From Bugula neritina (taxonomy: Eukaryota; Animalia; Bryozoa), in the NCBI GenBank assembly GCA_964035545.1, contig OZ037770.1, positions 8,562,973-8,626,972 on the forward strand: a DNA stretch of 64,000 nt, given 5' to 3'. Of this stretch, positions 13,376 to 26,800 are shown in pieces; within the stretch, counting starts at the first letter, position 1, and each line of letters opens with the position of its first letter. A program made the translations under genes and the position numbers. The notes below the pieces were generated by a model, which worked only from the letters and a program-made list of their open reading frames with translations, made no database searches and had not been told where the DNA came from.

Positions 13376-14199
13376 GATTGTCAGTATTACTAATTCAATT
13401 TGATTCATGAGATGTTGACAGTTATGCTCTCAGTTTACCCATACTAATACTCATAGTAATGCATAATCTCACAATTTGTTAACTAAAATTGCATCCCCCT
13501 AGTCCCTACAAGTAAGACTTGTATTTATAATATTTCTAATACTTATAGTTGTAGAGTTAATGTTATACTAAAAGTTACTGTTATACTTATAGTTATACTT
13601 AGAGTTAGTTATAGTTATACTAATAGAGTAATACTAATACTAATAATAACACTAATAATTATTGTTTATATATTTATCAATATCACAACTAAGTAATTAT
13701 TTGAATAATATAAATAAATATTAAAAATAAATTACTATTAGTATTACAATTACTATTAGTATTAACCATAAATGATTAAATCATAATGATAATGATATTC
13801 ATGTTGATAATGATAATCATAATGTATATAATCTTAATTGTAATGATAATTATAGTATTAAGAAGTTGATGCTTATTGACATTATTAATTATTTAATAGG
13901 TTTTGTCTTTTATCACTATCACTATGAGTATGAGTATGACATTGACTATCACTAGAATAATAATTCATTAATTCAAATTGTAACTATAACTATAAGTATA
14001 ACTCAGTATAAGTATATCAATATGATACTGAATCATTGATTTTGAATGAGTATTAATAATATTTATATTCATATTGATCTTATATTTTCTTCTGTAAAAA
14101 AGACTACATCATAAATTTAAATATCCTAGCCAGCATATTAGCAATATAAATAAGTGCCGCCCACTATGCAACTAAATTAAAGTATAAAATACTGAATGG

Positions 14200-14870
14200 A
14201 GTTCATGGCTTAGTCAAGAATACTTTTTAGTTTCTCTAACAGTCCTGGGAAATCGCTGTTTTGGTAGGCAAAGGTTTTAGCATATATTGATGGTAGATCG
14301 CCTTGAGATGCAGCTTTATTCACTGGAGCATTAACATTCCTACATTCCTTATCATATGAAGATATAAGTGCTTTATGATGGTCCCCTTGAGAGAAAAGTT
14401 GGATTAACAAGGAACGTCTAGAGTTTTTACGTCTCAGCAAGGGTTTCTAGTTTCAATTTTGCTTGTTCTTCCTTGTAGTAACTCTCCCTTCGAGGTTTAA
14501 AATGAAGCGAATCGCTTTATGCTGAACCGTTTCGAGATTTTTAGACAGATGCCCCAGAGGTGTATCCCAGACAGTAGCAGTAATATGGCACTTTGCGGAG
14601 CATTATGGAGAGCTCGTTTAATCATTCCTAGCTTCTTTGTGGCTTTCAGTACAACTGAGTGGACATGCTTGTTAAACTTATGGTTTGACTACAGCATTAC
14701 ATCTAGATAGCTTGGTTTCTTCAACAATTGACAAAAGAATGCCATCAAGAGAATACGTTGCATTTGGTGAATTGACAGTTGCATTATATGCTAGAATGGA
14801 ACACTTGTCAATGTTACATGACATACACCAAGTTTTGGCCCAGTGATGCAAAGCGTTAATGTTAGTTGTT
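14200..14870 (-). mobile_element. Decayed non-LTR retrotransposon (CR1/Jockey-like) RT C-terminal remnant
   Basis: Broken minus-strand frames give HWAKTWCMSCNIDKCSIL, KHVHSVVLKATKKLGMIKRALHNAP, LETVQHKAIRFI and AYQNSDFP, typical of the post-RT region of LINE ORF2; stops and frameshifts present. Confidence 0.75.
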
Positions 14871-15519
14871 CGGTTTGATCACCACCACATTTATATGAAT
14901 GGGAAACATGAGCCTTTTTCTATTTAGGCGGAGTTTTTGAGTGACACTTTGAAGATATTGAAAGACATTCAATTGATGTGATAGGGTCAAAAGCAAGGTC
15001 TTCTTTCCTGATGCCATTGTGTAGAGGAGATTTTTCATTCTTTAAACCATTGAGTAGCATGATAACACCATCCACTCAAACATCAATACATAAAAAAGAT
15101 CCAGAACTATATCTGCTTGTGTCTTCTAGCAAATGGTCTTTACAGAACTGAGCACAGAACATTTTTTTTTAAAAATATCAGCGCATCATTTTGGGTTTTC
15201 AGTATAATTGCTGTTCGTTAAAATAAATTTAATTGGTGGCTTAGTAGAACTTTGGGGTCCCTTCAAATGGCGATGAAAGAGCATACTGTTTCGAATGAAA
15301 GAGGTTTGCAAATGCGATTAGAGATGATGATAATCATAACTCATAGTTATATTCATATTGATTATGATATTAGCTATATTAATTTAAATGTGAATATTTA
15401 TATTTCTCCCAAATTGAAATTAAAGTTTACACCAAAATGGATATGATTATATCTATTGAATTTAAAGTGGATTTGGAGATTATAATTAATGTTATTCATT
15501 TTATTGGCAGCTAATCACC

Positions 15520-16700
15520 TAAACTTGTTTGCCATTGATGATTGAGTCACCGCTACAGTTGGTGCAATCTGTTTTTGTCACCATTTTGCTGGAATAGATG
15601 AGCTTTTTCTCAAGATGAAGATGTTGACTGATTTAAGCAGAGATGTCTATTGAATAATCCAATTTGTGGAGTTTTTTTGGCGACTCTTAGTAATGCCACT
15701 TAATCTATAACATCGATTCTGTATTTACTATTTAGTCCAAAGAAGTCTAATCCTTATGACTATATATGTATGATTTTTGTTTGCGCTTTCCCCACCCTTA
15801 CACAGTTCAATTTCTGATATTTATCTACCTTCTTTGCTTCAATTTCTTGCTCATGTAGTCGCTCAGGGCAGTTATGTCTATCATCAGTAAGCCTTATAGC
15901 CTTGCTAACTCTGTCCAAGTTAAATCTTACAAAGTTTTTATGCTTAAGCATTCTGTTTTTCTAGTTCAACTAGAAAGATTTTAACCGGTCTTTCAGGCAG
16001 GACATAGCTTTTATTCTTGATACAAATTGGTATTATGCTCACTGATATCACACCTACTTTTGTATGTCGCAATCTATCACTTGACTCTATTTCATGATTT
16101 TTTATATTTGTCTTTACTGAAGTTACCAGACACTGCAATATTTACAACTTGATGCATTCTTCTTTTCAATGTTCCTTACTTTAAAATTCTGTCACAGACA
16201 ATGTTGAAATCCTATAGGCTATAGGATGTATTTAGATCACTATTCTATGATCATAATTATGTTTAGTTTTCATACCATTTCATGTTGTGTTTAGACCCAT
16301 AACATTCAAGCAAAATTCAATGTGCAGTTGTAGCAACGTTGCCCCTTTTGTACTAAAGGTGTGTTAGTTTCTTGAACTCACCGGTAATATGCATCACAGT
16401 CTCCTCTTCAGTTCTAAACATTCTGTTTATAGCAGTCATGTGTTCATCCATAATTTTTACCTCGTAGCTCATAGTATAGAGAAAAAAACCGATCTTGGAT
16501 TGTCATCAGCACCTTTTCTGACTCTCTTCTAATCTAGCCAATTCACACCAATGCTATTTTCGAGCCCATTTTCTAGTCTCCATTTACATGGCTTGATCTG
16601 GACACCAACAGTGCAGAAGTTTCTCTTTTCACTTTTTTTCTATCATGTAGTCCACTTCGTTTCTTAATTCTGTTTTTGTCTTATTTTTTGTCAACATTTT
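15520..16700 (-). mobile_element. Possible further decayed 5' part of the same LINE
   Basis: Short Lys/Glu-rich minus-strand frames upstream of and co-oriented with the RT remnant; no unambiguous motif. Confidence 0.3.
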
Positions 16701-19700
16701 CTTGACTATTGCTAAGAAGAAATTTCATTTACATGCTTTCAGAAAATATTATTATTTATATTATCACTCTTACCTAGGCCTTACTGAATTGTGAATAATA
16801 ATGATAATTGTTTATATCAACAAATGATCCATTATTTTAACCATGATCATGAACTTATACCTTTTAATAATGTGCGTTGTGGATATGATATGCTTTGGTT
16901 TTTGATTATATTGATGTTATTATGGCTATTTAATATAAGTGTAAAAATAGTCATACTCCAAACATCTATCTTAGAAGGTTTTATCACAATGTATGACTTT
17001 ATTAAAAAGTTATTAATGGTTTTCTAAGACAGAAATTCAATAAATACATACATAAATAATTTGCCATGCATCTAATTCGTCATCACATTTGCACAGTATG
17101 CATAGTACAGTAAACCATAGATACAAATAAAGAGTATGGGAGTTGACCTAGTAATTTACAATTATTTAATTAATTTTAATGGCCGTATTTAAATTAGGTG
17201 TCAGTATTTAAAATTGAAGTTGAAATATAATTCAACTGAAGCTTCTCAGTCACTATTAGTAAATGGTATTTTCCATCTGCAACCAATGTTGAATAAAACA
17301 TTAAAATAATGTGTATAGCCAAGATATGTAACTGTTTAAATCAAATTCCTGGTAACAAATGAAATAATTGATATAATGGTCTGCTCAAGCCTGTGCCTAC
17401 ATATATACATATATACTTGTTCAACATAGAGAGGTTTCAGTAATAATATAATACAGCCCAGTAAAATAAGCAACTCCTTTCTCATTTATAACAAGTTTCC
17501 ATACCATACTGTATAACATTATCAATTTAACTCAGTTTTGCTTTGTATATAAGACCATTATATGTGAGATGGGCATAAATTTATATTTATTGAAATTGAG
17601 ATTTTATAGATTGAATTTTTACTGCAAATAACTACACACATTTTTAAATCACAGGATGGTAGATGAAGGTCACTGCTAGTCCAACATGGTAGATCACATG
17701 ACTGCTGCCTTAATGGATATATTGTTAATAGATGCTGTCACATGACCGGCATATCTATCAACAGGTAAGTGTCTTTATATGCCAATATACTAGTTATTTT
17801 CTGTACTAACAATGTCACTTACATACACATTACTCTTGGCAACCTTTTTTGTCTTTATAGAATAATGCAGATAGAAAGATGCAGATATAATATATATCTG
17901 CATCTTTCTGTTCGGTCTGTGTCCAACTAACAACAGTATCTAAAGCATAGACTTTTTTACAAAGTTGTTACACAAAAAATAGTTATAAGAGATAACAGTC
18001 ATGGAAATTTTATTTTATAGTATATAATACCATATGGCTACTAACAGCCCCTGTAGCTGGGTAAATGCTTGAAGAAGCCGTATCTACAATAGCCTGGATG
18101 TAACCTCAAATATACAATAGATAAATTAGGAGTTGTGTTTTCAATTAATATGCTATATTCTCATGCTGTAGTTGTCTTCTTTTGATTTAATTAGTGGCTT
18201 TCTGGTAGCCAATTGTTACTCCAACCAACCACCAACTTTTCAACACTAATCATTCATCTACCTGGAATTTGTGATATATTTTTAATTAAAAATGAATTCC
18301 TTTTTCAGTTAGTTTAGTCTGCATAATTGTTTCAAGCTTAACATTCATTGAGCATTGTTGAAGGAGCAATTATGGTGAAACTATGTGCTGCACCTGTGAT
18401 TATTTTACTTAGATTTCAGGATCAGAGGTTAATTTTTCCTATGCTCTAACGCTATTATGGAGCTTTGTAACCCCTCCCTCATCAGCTGCTTTCTTAGAAT
18501 ATAGAGCTACTATGTTTTTTGGTTTTTAACAGTAAACTGTTATTATCTCATTCCAGTTACTCAACTCTTAGGTAGCTATCAAAATAAGCAATCTGGCAAA
18601 ATGTAATTGCTCTGCTCTTTGAAAATGTTCTTCATAGCCTGTTTACCTAGTTAATGGCGATCATTGGGGCCTCAGAGGCCTCTCCTCCCTTCTAAGTAGC
18701 AAATATCAATAACTCTTAAATGTTATGACCAGGTTCAAGAATAATATGCAGTTTGTTCAAAATTTCGTTCAAATAGCATGCCTTTTCTATCAAAATTACA
18801 AACTTTAAAAATAGAAAAGGCATAAAATATAATTAAAATTTTCAGTTTCCTAACCCAAACCTTTCAGTAATTTAAACTTGGGTACAATTCTACTTGTTAA
18901 ATTGTTTTCACTCACATTTTTATTCTCAATGAATGTCTAGTTTCCTTCTAGATCTTTCATTGTGACTCTTTTAAATAATTGCTGGTTGGTTTAATAAAGT
19001 AGCCACAATTTTTAATTTATTTCATAACAATCTGCAAATTGTCCATAATTTTGACGTCTATTTAAAGAGCTATTTGGGCAATTATAATAGAGTAAATAAT
19101 TGCATATTATTGTTATATTTTTAACATTTCTAGCTGAATTATAAATCCAGTTTAGCAAAGATGCATCTTCTGGAAAGATGTCTCCTTTGCTCATTAGCGT
19201 GGACTCGGGTTATTGCAACAGCCACTTGGCTGGTATATTTAGCAGTCGAGTTCGTAATTTATTGTACGTATTACAAGTGGAAATGATTGAGCATTTGACA
19301 TTTGATAGCACAAGGCACACTTGCAATGCTAAAACAACAAAATCATTTCTGAGCTTCATTTGTTGCGAGTGAATGAGTTCAGGATATTCCCTGCATATGC
19401 ACTTACAGGTGTATTATTAAACAGCTCGATTGTTTACCAATATACTTGATAATTTGCAATCTCAGCGAGTTTTAACTATTTAGAAATTTGGTTTTAAATA
19501 GGTATATGTAGATTTGCTTTTGGAGTACTAGTTGCACGTGTTATTTAGTTTATTGGCTCCTAGCCGACTTTACCACATTGCGGTATTATCACAAGTATTT
19601 ATTCCTTTGATCTCTGCCGCCGTCCAATCAAAGCATAATCGTATGCAGATGAACGTTCGGCTCTAAATGAACAGATTGCGCTTATTATAACTTTGTCTCT

Positions 19701-20880
19701 GCAACTGCACGCAAGGACTGGAAGTGAATTTTTTAAGTTATTTGAATTCTACTGTCACTGTTACAGTTGATTTCATGCTAGTTTAGCCTTTAATATGTAG
19801 AAGTATTTCATCTGTTAAATTAGAGTATAGTTTACTTTCTGGGATGTAAAGGAGTAGTTCTCTATTTACTGCAATAAATTTTATCCTGACTTTAACTTGA
19901 AGATTAGTGAATTAAAATACAATTTAAAAGGTAAGCAAACTACTTAATTACTCTTAGGGTGTATTGAACTGACTTTGCCATATATAAAAAATAGCCTGCT
20001 ATCTGAAGCTATACATGCAGTACATACAAATTTATCTTATCAGTAAAATTCTAAAAATAAAATTACATTTACTGAAGCTGGTTTTTGCACGTAAACTTTC
20101 ACTTCATTTTTAAAATTTTAGTAAATTACCTGTTTAGTTTTTACACATCTTAAAGTGCTAGAATATATTTTTAGTCTGTGGAGTAAAATGTCAACTTTCT
20201 AATCAGCCGCCTATTTATAGATGTGAGTTGATACTGTTTTTAGAACTCTTCCATCTTTAGTAGAAAATATCCCAGTTATAAGTAATATATACTTCAGCTT
20301 GCCTTAACCCCCAGCCCTCAGCTTTATCAGTTATAGTAATCTACTAATCTCTCCGAAAGTCGCTTTCAACTGTGCGAAATGTTGACTGATAACTCACTCC
20401 TAGTCCTAGACACTGTCTTCGCTGCATAGCCCCATTTACCTGCCACTGCTCTACAGTTCACATCTTAAATGTTGGCTGCATTTTAACACCTCTCATTGTT
20501 ATATTTATTTTCATTGAAATTTACCATTACTATTAGTAATTAGTAATTAGTAATTTTGAGTGAAATAGAGTTGTACTACCAAGTTATTCTTGAGACTGAA
20601 ACTTGGGGAGCTTTTCCAACTCGCAAACATTTTAGTGGTTATTGTTAGGATTACTATTAGTACTGGCAGTAAGGTGTAGCTTAGTGACTGGTGCATATGA
20701 ATAAGAGTTACACTTTGAGGCTCAATAAAAAAAAATTTCAAGAATGATTTAAAATTACATTGAAGTTTGTCAAAAGTCTTTCTATTGGTTTTGCTATCTA
20801 CCAATCTGCCATTTGAATGAGTAAAAATTGCTCTCTGCTGAATAGCACTACAATTTTTTTTCTTGCTCTGTTGACAGAGC

Positions 20881-23800
20881 ATGTGGACTTCTGGAGACCT
20901 TAGGGAAAGGCAGTCCTCGACTTTCTGCAGATTTCTATTCATGTTTGTTTGCTTTCAACACCTGCTGGGAGACAGCGGTGTGGATGAGATAGAGCTGAAT
21001 GTGGAGAAGATATCAGAACTTGGTAACCCGGATGTCTTACTGTCAACTATAAGTCGACTGGCTCTAGCCCTCAGCAAGTGTGGAGTAGATGTCAGAGGCA
21101 TGAAGGAGCTGGAAAGGAATATGTTACCCAGCAATACCAGTGCCAAGTGCATGGATGGAACCAATGCTGGGTATGTCGGCCTACTGTTTAGTCCTATTAA
21201 ATCATGGCTGCCCAACCGGCATAAAATTAAAATTATTTTTTACATGTTTTTATGAATCAGAGTGAAAAACCATCTTTCAAATGTCTCGTGTATATACATG
21301 CTACAAAAAATATAGCAGGCCGTAAATCTTGGGACTTTATTGTGTAATGATTCATAGGAATTTGAAATTTGAAAATTACTGATGCTGTGTCCCTCCAGCC
21401 CAAGCTAAAGTCTACAATGTAGCCCTGCCACCAGAATATTCCCTTTCAGTGGCCCTCACTCTAAACAAGTTGGACACCCTGTATTAGATCATCGTTATTG
21501 ATAGTAGCTACTACTTTTTTACCTTTGACTTTCACTTGTTGGTGACTTCTTTAAATCAAGTAGAGAGAAAAGTTGGAACAGCTGCGTTGAGGGCAGTTTG
21601 CACCTGCCTTTTGGTAGCTAAACTGATATTGGTAGAGTTTTATCTCTGCTTGGGGGGCCTGCCATGCTATTTGCTTATCTAGAGGAATTTTACTACGAGA
21701 TTACAATTCACAACAACTCTGCCAACCATTCTTGTGGCTTTGATGAATTTCTTTTTTATAACTAATTCACAAAATAAATCTTTTTTAATTGATTGGGTTC
21801 CAGTGCTGATGGCCTGTTGTGGTGGTATCACTTTACTAGTTTACTTGCATCTGCTGTTACCATGTACTGTGTAATTCCGCAGTGTAGTGTATAACTGTGT
21901 ATAGTGTAGTGTAAAGCTCTACATAGTGTACCTGTACCTTGTGTACCTGTACCTTGTGTAGCTGTACCTTGTGTAGCTGTACCTTGTGTAGCTGTACATT
22001 GTGTAGCTGTACATTGTGTACCTGTACATAGTGTAGCTCTAGATAGAGTCAAATTAGTCACATGTCAGTTCCCAGTGAAAACACTTGCACATCTGTTTGT
22101 TTCTTTCCCTTTGATCTGACTCTATCAAAGGGCTACCCTACACATCTTTAAATATGAGGTGTCTTGAAAGTAGAAAAATTGGTGATAAATTCATTATCAA
22201 CACAATAGTATTACGAAGCCTGTATTGTAACTCCAGAAGTGATGAAAATGGGCCCCATGGTCATTCTCAAAGTATACATCCAAATCTCATGGCTAACTAT
22301 GAACAAAGAGGGGCATAGCTAATTGTTCTCTGCTAGAAAATAGACATCTACTCTAAAAACCTCCACCAGTATTGCTTTTCAAAAACATTTGCTTGGAAAT
22401 GGTCATGTGTGACGCAATGCCAGGTTTTATCTCAACATCTGCAAACAAAAACAATTTAAACTGCTATGATTCATTGCTGTTTTGAACTGTCCATAATGTT
22501 TGTTGGTAACAGTGCAGTGCCCTGATGGAGGTAGGACAGTGGCCCTTGCTGCCTTTGATTTCTCCCCAACTAGTTAATTACTTTAAATCAGGTAGAATTG
22601 CTGCAGGTATCACCTTATCACCAAAACTGATGCAGAATATGCTCTGGAAGGCATCGCCACCAAATCTTCACCAAAAAATCATTTCTCATCATTAGAAACC
22701 ACTCACGACCTCTAATCTCTCACACCGGCTGTAGTTTACACTCCCTGGATGTAGTTTACACTCCCTGGCTGTAGTTTACACTCTCTAGCTGTAGTTTACA
22801 CTCCCTGGATGTAGTTTACACTCTCTAGCTGTAGTTTACACTCTCTAGCTGTAGTTTACACTCTCTGGCTGTAGCTGACACTCAGAGAGTTACCTGGCTG
22901 GCCCCCTGCAGGTATTACATAGGAGGGGAATTGCTGTATAATCTACATTAAGCTATCACTGATTTTAAGAAGACAGATTTATAATGGGTGTCTTTAGCTT
23001 AGTTTTTTACCTGCAGGATTAATCTATTATTGTAAGTAAATTAACCGGAACAGATCCACTCTCTACCTCTACCTGTAGCTCGCCATGCTCTGGTATATAA
23101 ACCAAGAAATTCTTATCCAGTCTGCACTTTGGTAACTGTAAGATGTGGTTGCACTCTTAGGAAAGTCTGGTCTTCCCCCCTCTCCATCACCTGTGACTCT
23201 GTGAATCTCTGGTTATACTTAGGTACACAGCTAGTCATTCATGGAGAGAGCTCACTTTCGGCCAGCCTGGCTTACGCTAAAGAAAGGAGTTGTGATTTGC
23301 TCTAAGTCTATGCTAATATAGAACTGTGTTTAGTGAAAGATGATAGTATTTCATGATTGCATTGAAGATGCCGAGATCACCAATTCATTGTATTGCTGTC
23401 ACCAGCACTATGGGCCTCAGCAATACTCCCCCCCCCCTCTCTCTTTCACTCTATCTCCATCTCTCTCATGTTTCCAAATTGACTGTTCAGCACTGCAAGT
23501 GTTGACCAGTTGGAATTGGTTTGATTTTTGAAAATGGATGAATGATTTGCCTGTTCACCACTGCAGCCAGCCACATTTGGATATTTCTATGAGTTAATGC
23601 ACAGGCCTCGTTGTTGTTCACCACAAGTATTCAGGTATAGATTGGATTTAGCAGTTAAGAGCCCTTTTGCCTCTGTGAAGTAGCATTAAGCACCCTTCAA
23701 GGCCAGCCTGGAGTGCACATTTCGTAGTTGTTACCATTCAGTCTATTTTCTCTTTCCTTCTCTTGTGGTGGAAGAAATACAGAGGTGGGGTGGTCTGGGT

Positions 23801-26800
23801 GCCCCCCCAACCTCTGCATAGCTGGCTGATGAACTTCCTGCTGTGATTGATTGGAATGGAAGTAATTCAACTGTTTGATTGTTTATTCATGGAGCTGTTG
23901 GTGGCCCTCTTCACTTATTCAAATGGATAATTTATTTTCATCACTTTGAATCAAGCTGTTCAATCACAGCCACAATTCTTAGCCCTAAATCATAGCCACA
24001 ATTCTTAACCCTAATTTCTAGCTCCACTGATGCACAGAACATCTCTTACCTCATTTCACTGCACTCAGTCTATTTCGTTGACTCTACAGTTTTTTGCAAC
24101 TGCAACTGAGAATTCATTTCTAATGGGTTTTTGCTAAATTAATTACAACTGTTAATTTTGTAGTTGGAGCCTAAATATTACCCCTACAATCTGCCTATAT
24201 TTTCATAGTAGGCTGAGTGATAATTATGAGGTTATTTATTTAATAGCACAGTTAGGTAAGTTTGTTTTCAGCAGAGTGTTGTTGCAGTCTGCTGAACACT
24301 CATCTCTCCCTATCATAATATTTACAGATACTACATTAGGAAGAGAGAGGGCAGTAACAGGTGGCTGGTGTTCCTTGATGGAGGATATTATTGTTTTGAT
24401 AAGAGATCCTGTAGAGCCAGAAGTGAGAACACTAGAAATCTCACCAGCTCCGCCCACTGGAGTCTGACAAAAGAAGGTAGGTTCATGAATACCACTATGT
24501 GGAGGAGACAACCCTTGGCTTGTTTGCAATAGGATAAGCACATGGATATGTCTTTCAATAAAGGAAAAAAACTCAAGCAAGTTTATAGTCACTATCTCTG
24601 TGACAAAACCCCTAATAGAAGGGTTTTTGTCAAAAATCAGGCTAAGAACTCGGGCACGAACCCCTAGACTTCGGCTGCTCCCTATCTTTTGATAGAGGAA
24701 AATAGGTCGTTCAATCATTAAAATCGTGCCGTTATTGTACAATTTTTTTATGTGATAAAGATGATGCGTCAATCATTTGTAAATAAAAGTCTAAAATTAT
24801 ACTTTTGTGCAGTTATTTTTAAATGAGTTTCATGATCTCCCAATTTTCAAGTATGTAAGCACCTTCAGGCTACCTGAAATCATTAGATTCAAAATCATAC
24901 TTTTATTTTCTATTTAGTTTTTTAAACCTGTTCTAAGAACTGGGTTGCACAAGTATCATTCACCTACTAGCAGTATATTATACTGTATATTAACCGTAGG
25001 TATAATTCGCAATGCGCAATAAATATACTGTAAGTTACAATGTAAGCAATGTGCCAAGTCCTAAAAATAAGGACTATCTGACTTGGCCAGTGACAATAGC
25101 AGTCTGATTTTAGTTGAAATAGTGGTTGTAATCTCTCAAATTTACACAAGCATTATATAAATAGATAGTAATATTATATTACTATCATTACTATTATTTC
25201 AGTTTATTTTTTATACATTCTTTATTAGCTTCATCATCAGCAAATTTTTAAAATTTGATAAAACAGCTCATAAAATTGATTAACTGGTGTAAATTCAATT
25301 TTGCATGCTTATTTTACCTACGGAGCAATAATAATGTCTTCTGTATGTACAGGAACTGGAATCCTCTCCTGGAATCCTGAAGAAAACCCTTTCTTATTCT
25401 CTGCCAACATTGTGTACGTTCCGTACTGCTCCTCGGACGCCTGGAGTGGTAATAACACCAAAAGTAAGTCAGCAAACTGTTTCGGTCAGCTTCCTTTGCG
25501 GCTGACTCATCCCATGACATCACTTTATGTAAACAAATGTATCAGACTTGATTGAAGACTAAAGTAAATGGTAACATGTCCAAAGTGCTATCACTTTACC
25601 TGGGAGTGTGTGAAATGGTGCTTTCCAAACTCACTTAGGAGCAGTGGTGGAGAAATTGAGATAGCCTAAGCTCTTTAATTTTATTATTAAATTCTGGTTG
25701 TAGGCGCAGGTTGAAATTTTTTCAAGAGTTCAACTTCTTTTGCTACATTTCTAATCTAGAACACAGGCTTTTCTCTATTTCTCCATTGCTGCACCTACCT
25801 CGCCAAACTCTCTGGTAGTTGTGTCCTCTTTGTTATGTAAGAATTCCTGAAGCTCTTTTGCAAGAGCTCTGTCCACCCCTGGAACTTGGTTTCCACTTTG
25901 TTTTGAGACGTAAAGTTGGCAGAGCAATACCAGCCATGTGTTGGCTACAGGTGGCTCTTCACAAACAAAACTAGAGATGAAAGGAAAGTTTTATTCTCGT
26001 CAAGTGTTACATTTATCTAAATCCATCAAAGTTCATGTTACTACATCACTTGATCCTTTCATCTTCTGTGTTTATGGCAATCTCTCTCAGCAATTAATCA
26101 AGCTGCATCTAGTGATATCTTCTTAATGATGTATGTCAACTAAGTGGGTTGATGTTCTTGTATATGTCCACCTGATGGCACTCCGTGTGCCTGCATTGCT
26201 GCTAGGGAGATTGTTTAATCTTGTCATCACAATAATGCTGCTACTAACACTGGAAAATTAGTTGTATTGCATTAGCAATATAATATTATATTATATAACA
26301 GCTTTGTACATAGTAAAGTTGATTTTGGCTTCTTCTACACAATATTATTCCAGACTGCATGTTTTTCAACGCTGTACTTTACACTGTATATTTTTAGATG
26401 GTCTGCACTTTATGGGTGCAAACATCGTAGATGAGGTGATCAAAGACCTGTACAGACACGGTCTCAAGAGTGGGGAAAAGCTGTTCTTTGCTGGAAGCAG
26501 GTATGCCATCTTGTCTAACAAGAAAGTGGAGGGTTGTGGCATTGTATTGGCTAATTCTAAAATTATTCTTGGGAGAAATAATTATTTTGGAGTTTTATAG
26601 TATAAAAATATATTATACTTTATAATGTATTCATGTGATAGTAGAATATCACAGTCACTAACAGTTAGTCATAGTCACTATCAGCTAGTCATAGTCACTA
26701 TTAGTTAGTCATAGTCACTATTAGTTAGTCATAGTCACTATCAATCACTCATTGTAACTGCAATCAATCTCTATACACCAGTTGTAAGTTTACCTACTAT

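Noticed and set aside
17655-17764. Exon-like segment (cag|..cag|gtaagt) upstream of Notum
   Set aside because: Plausible 5' UTR exon but cannot be linked to a transcript from sequence alone.
24236-24772. 178-aa minus-strand ORF
   Set aside because: Antisense shadow of Notum exon 2 plus intron; no recognisable motif.
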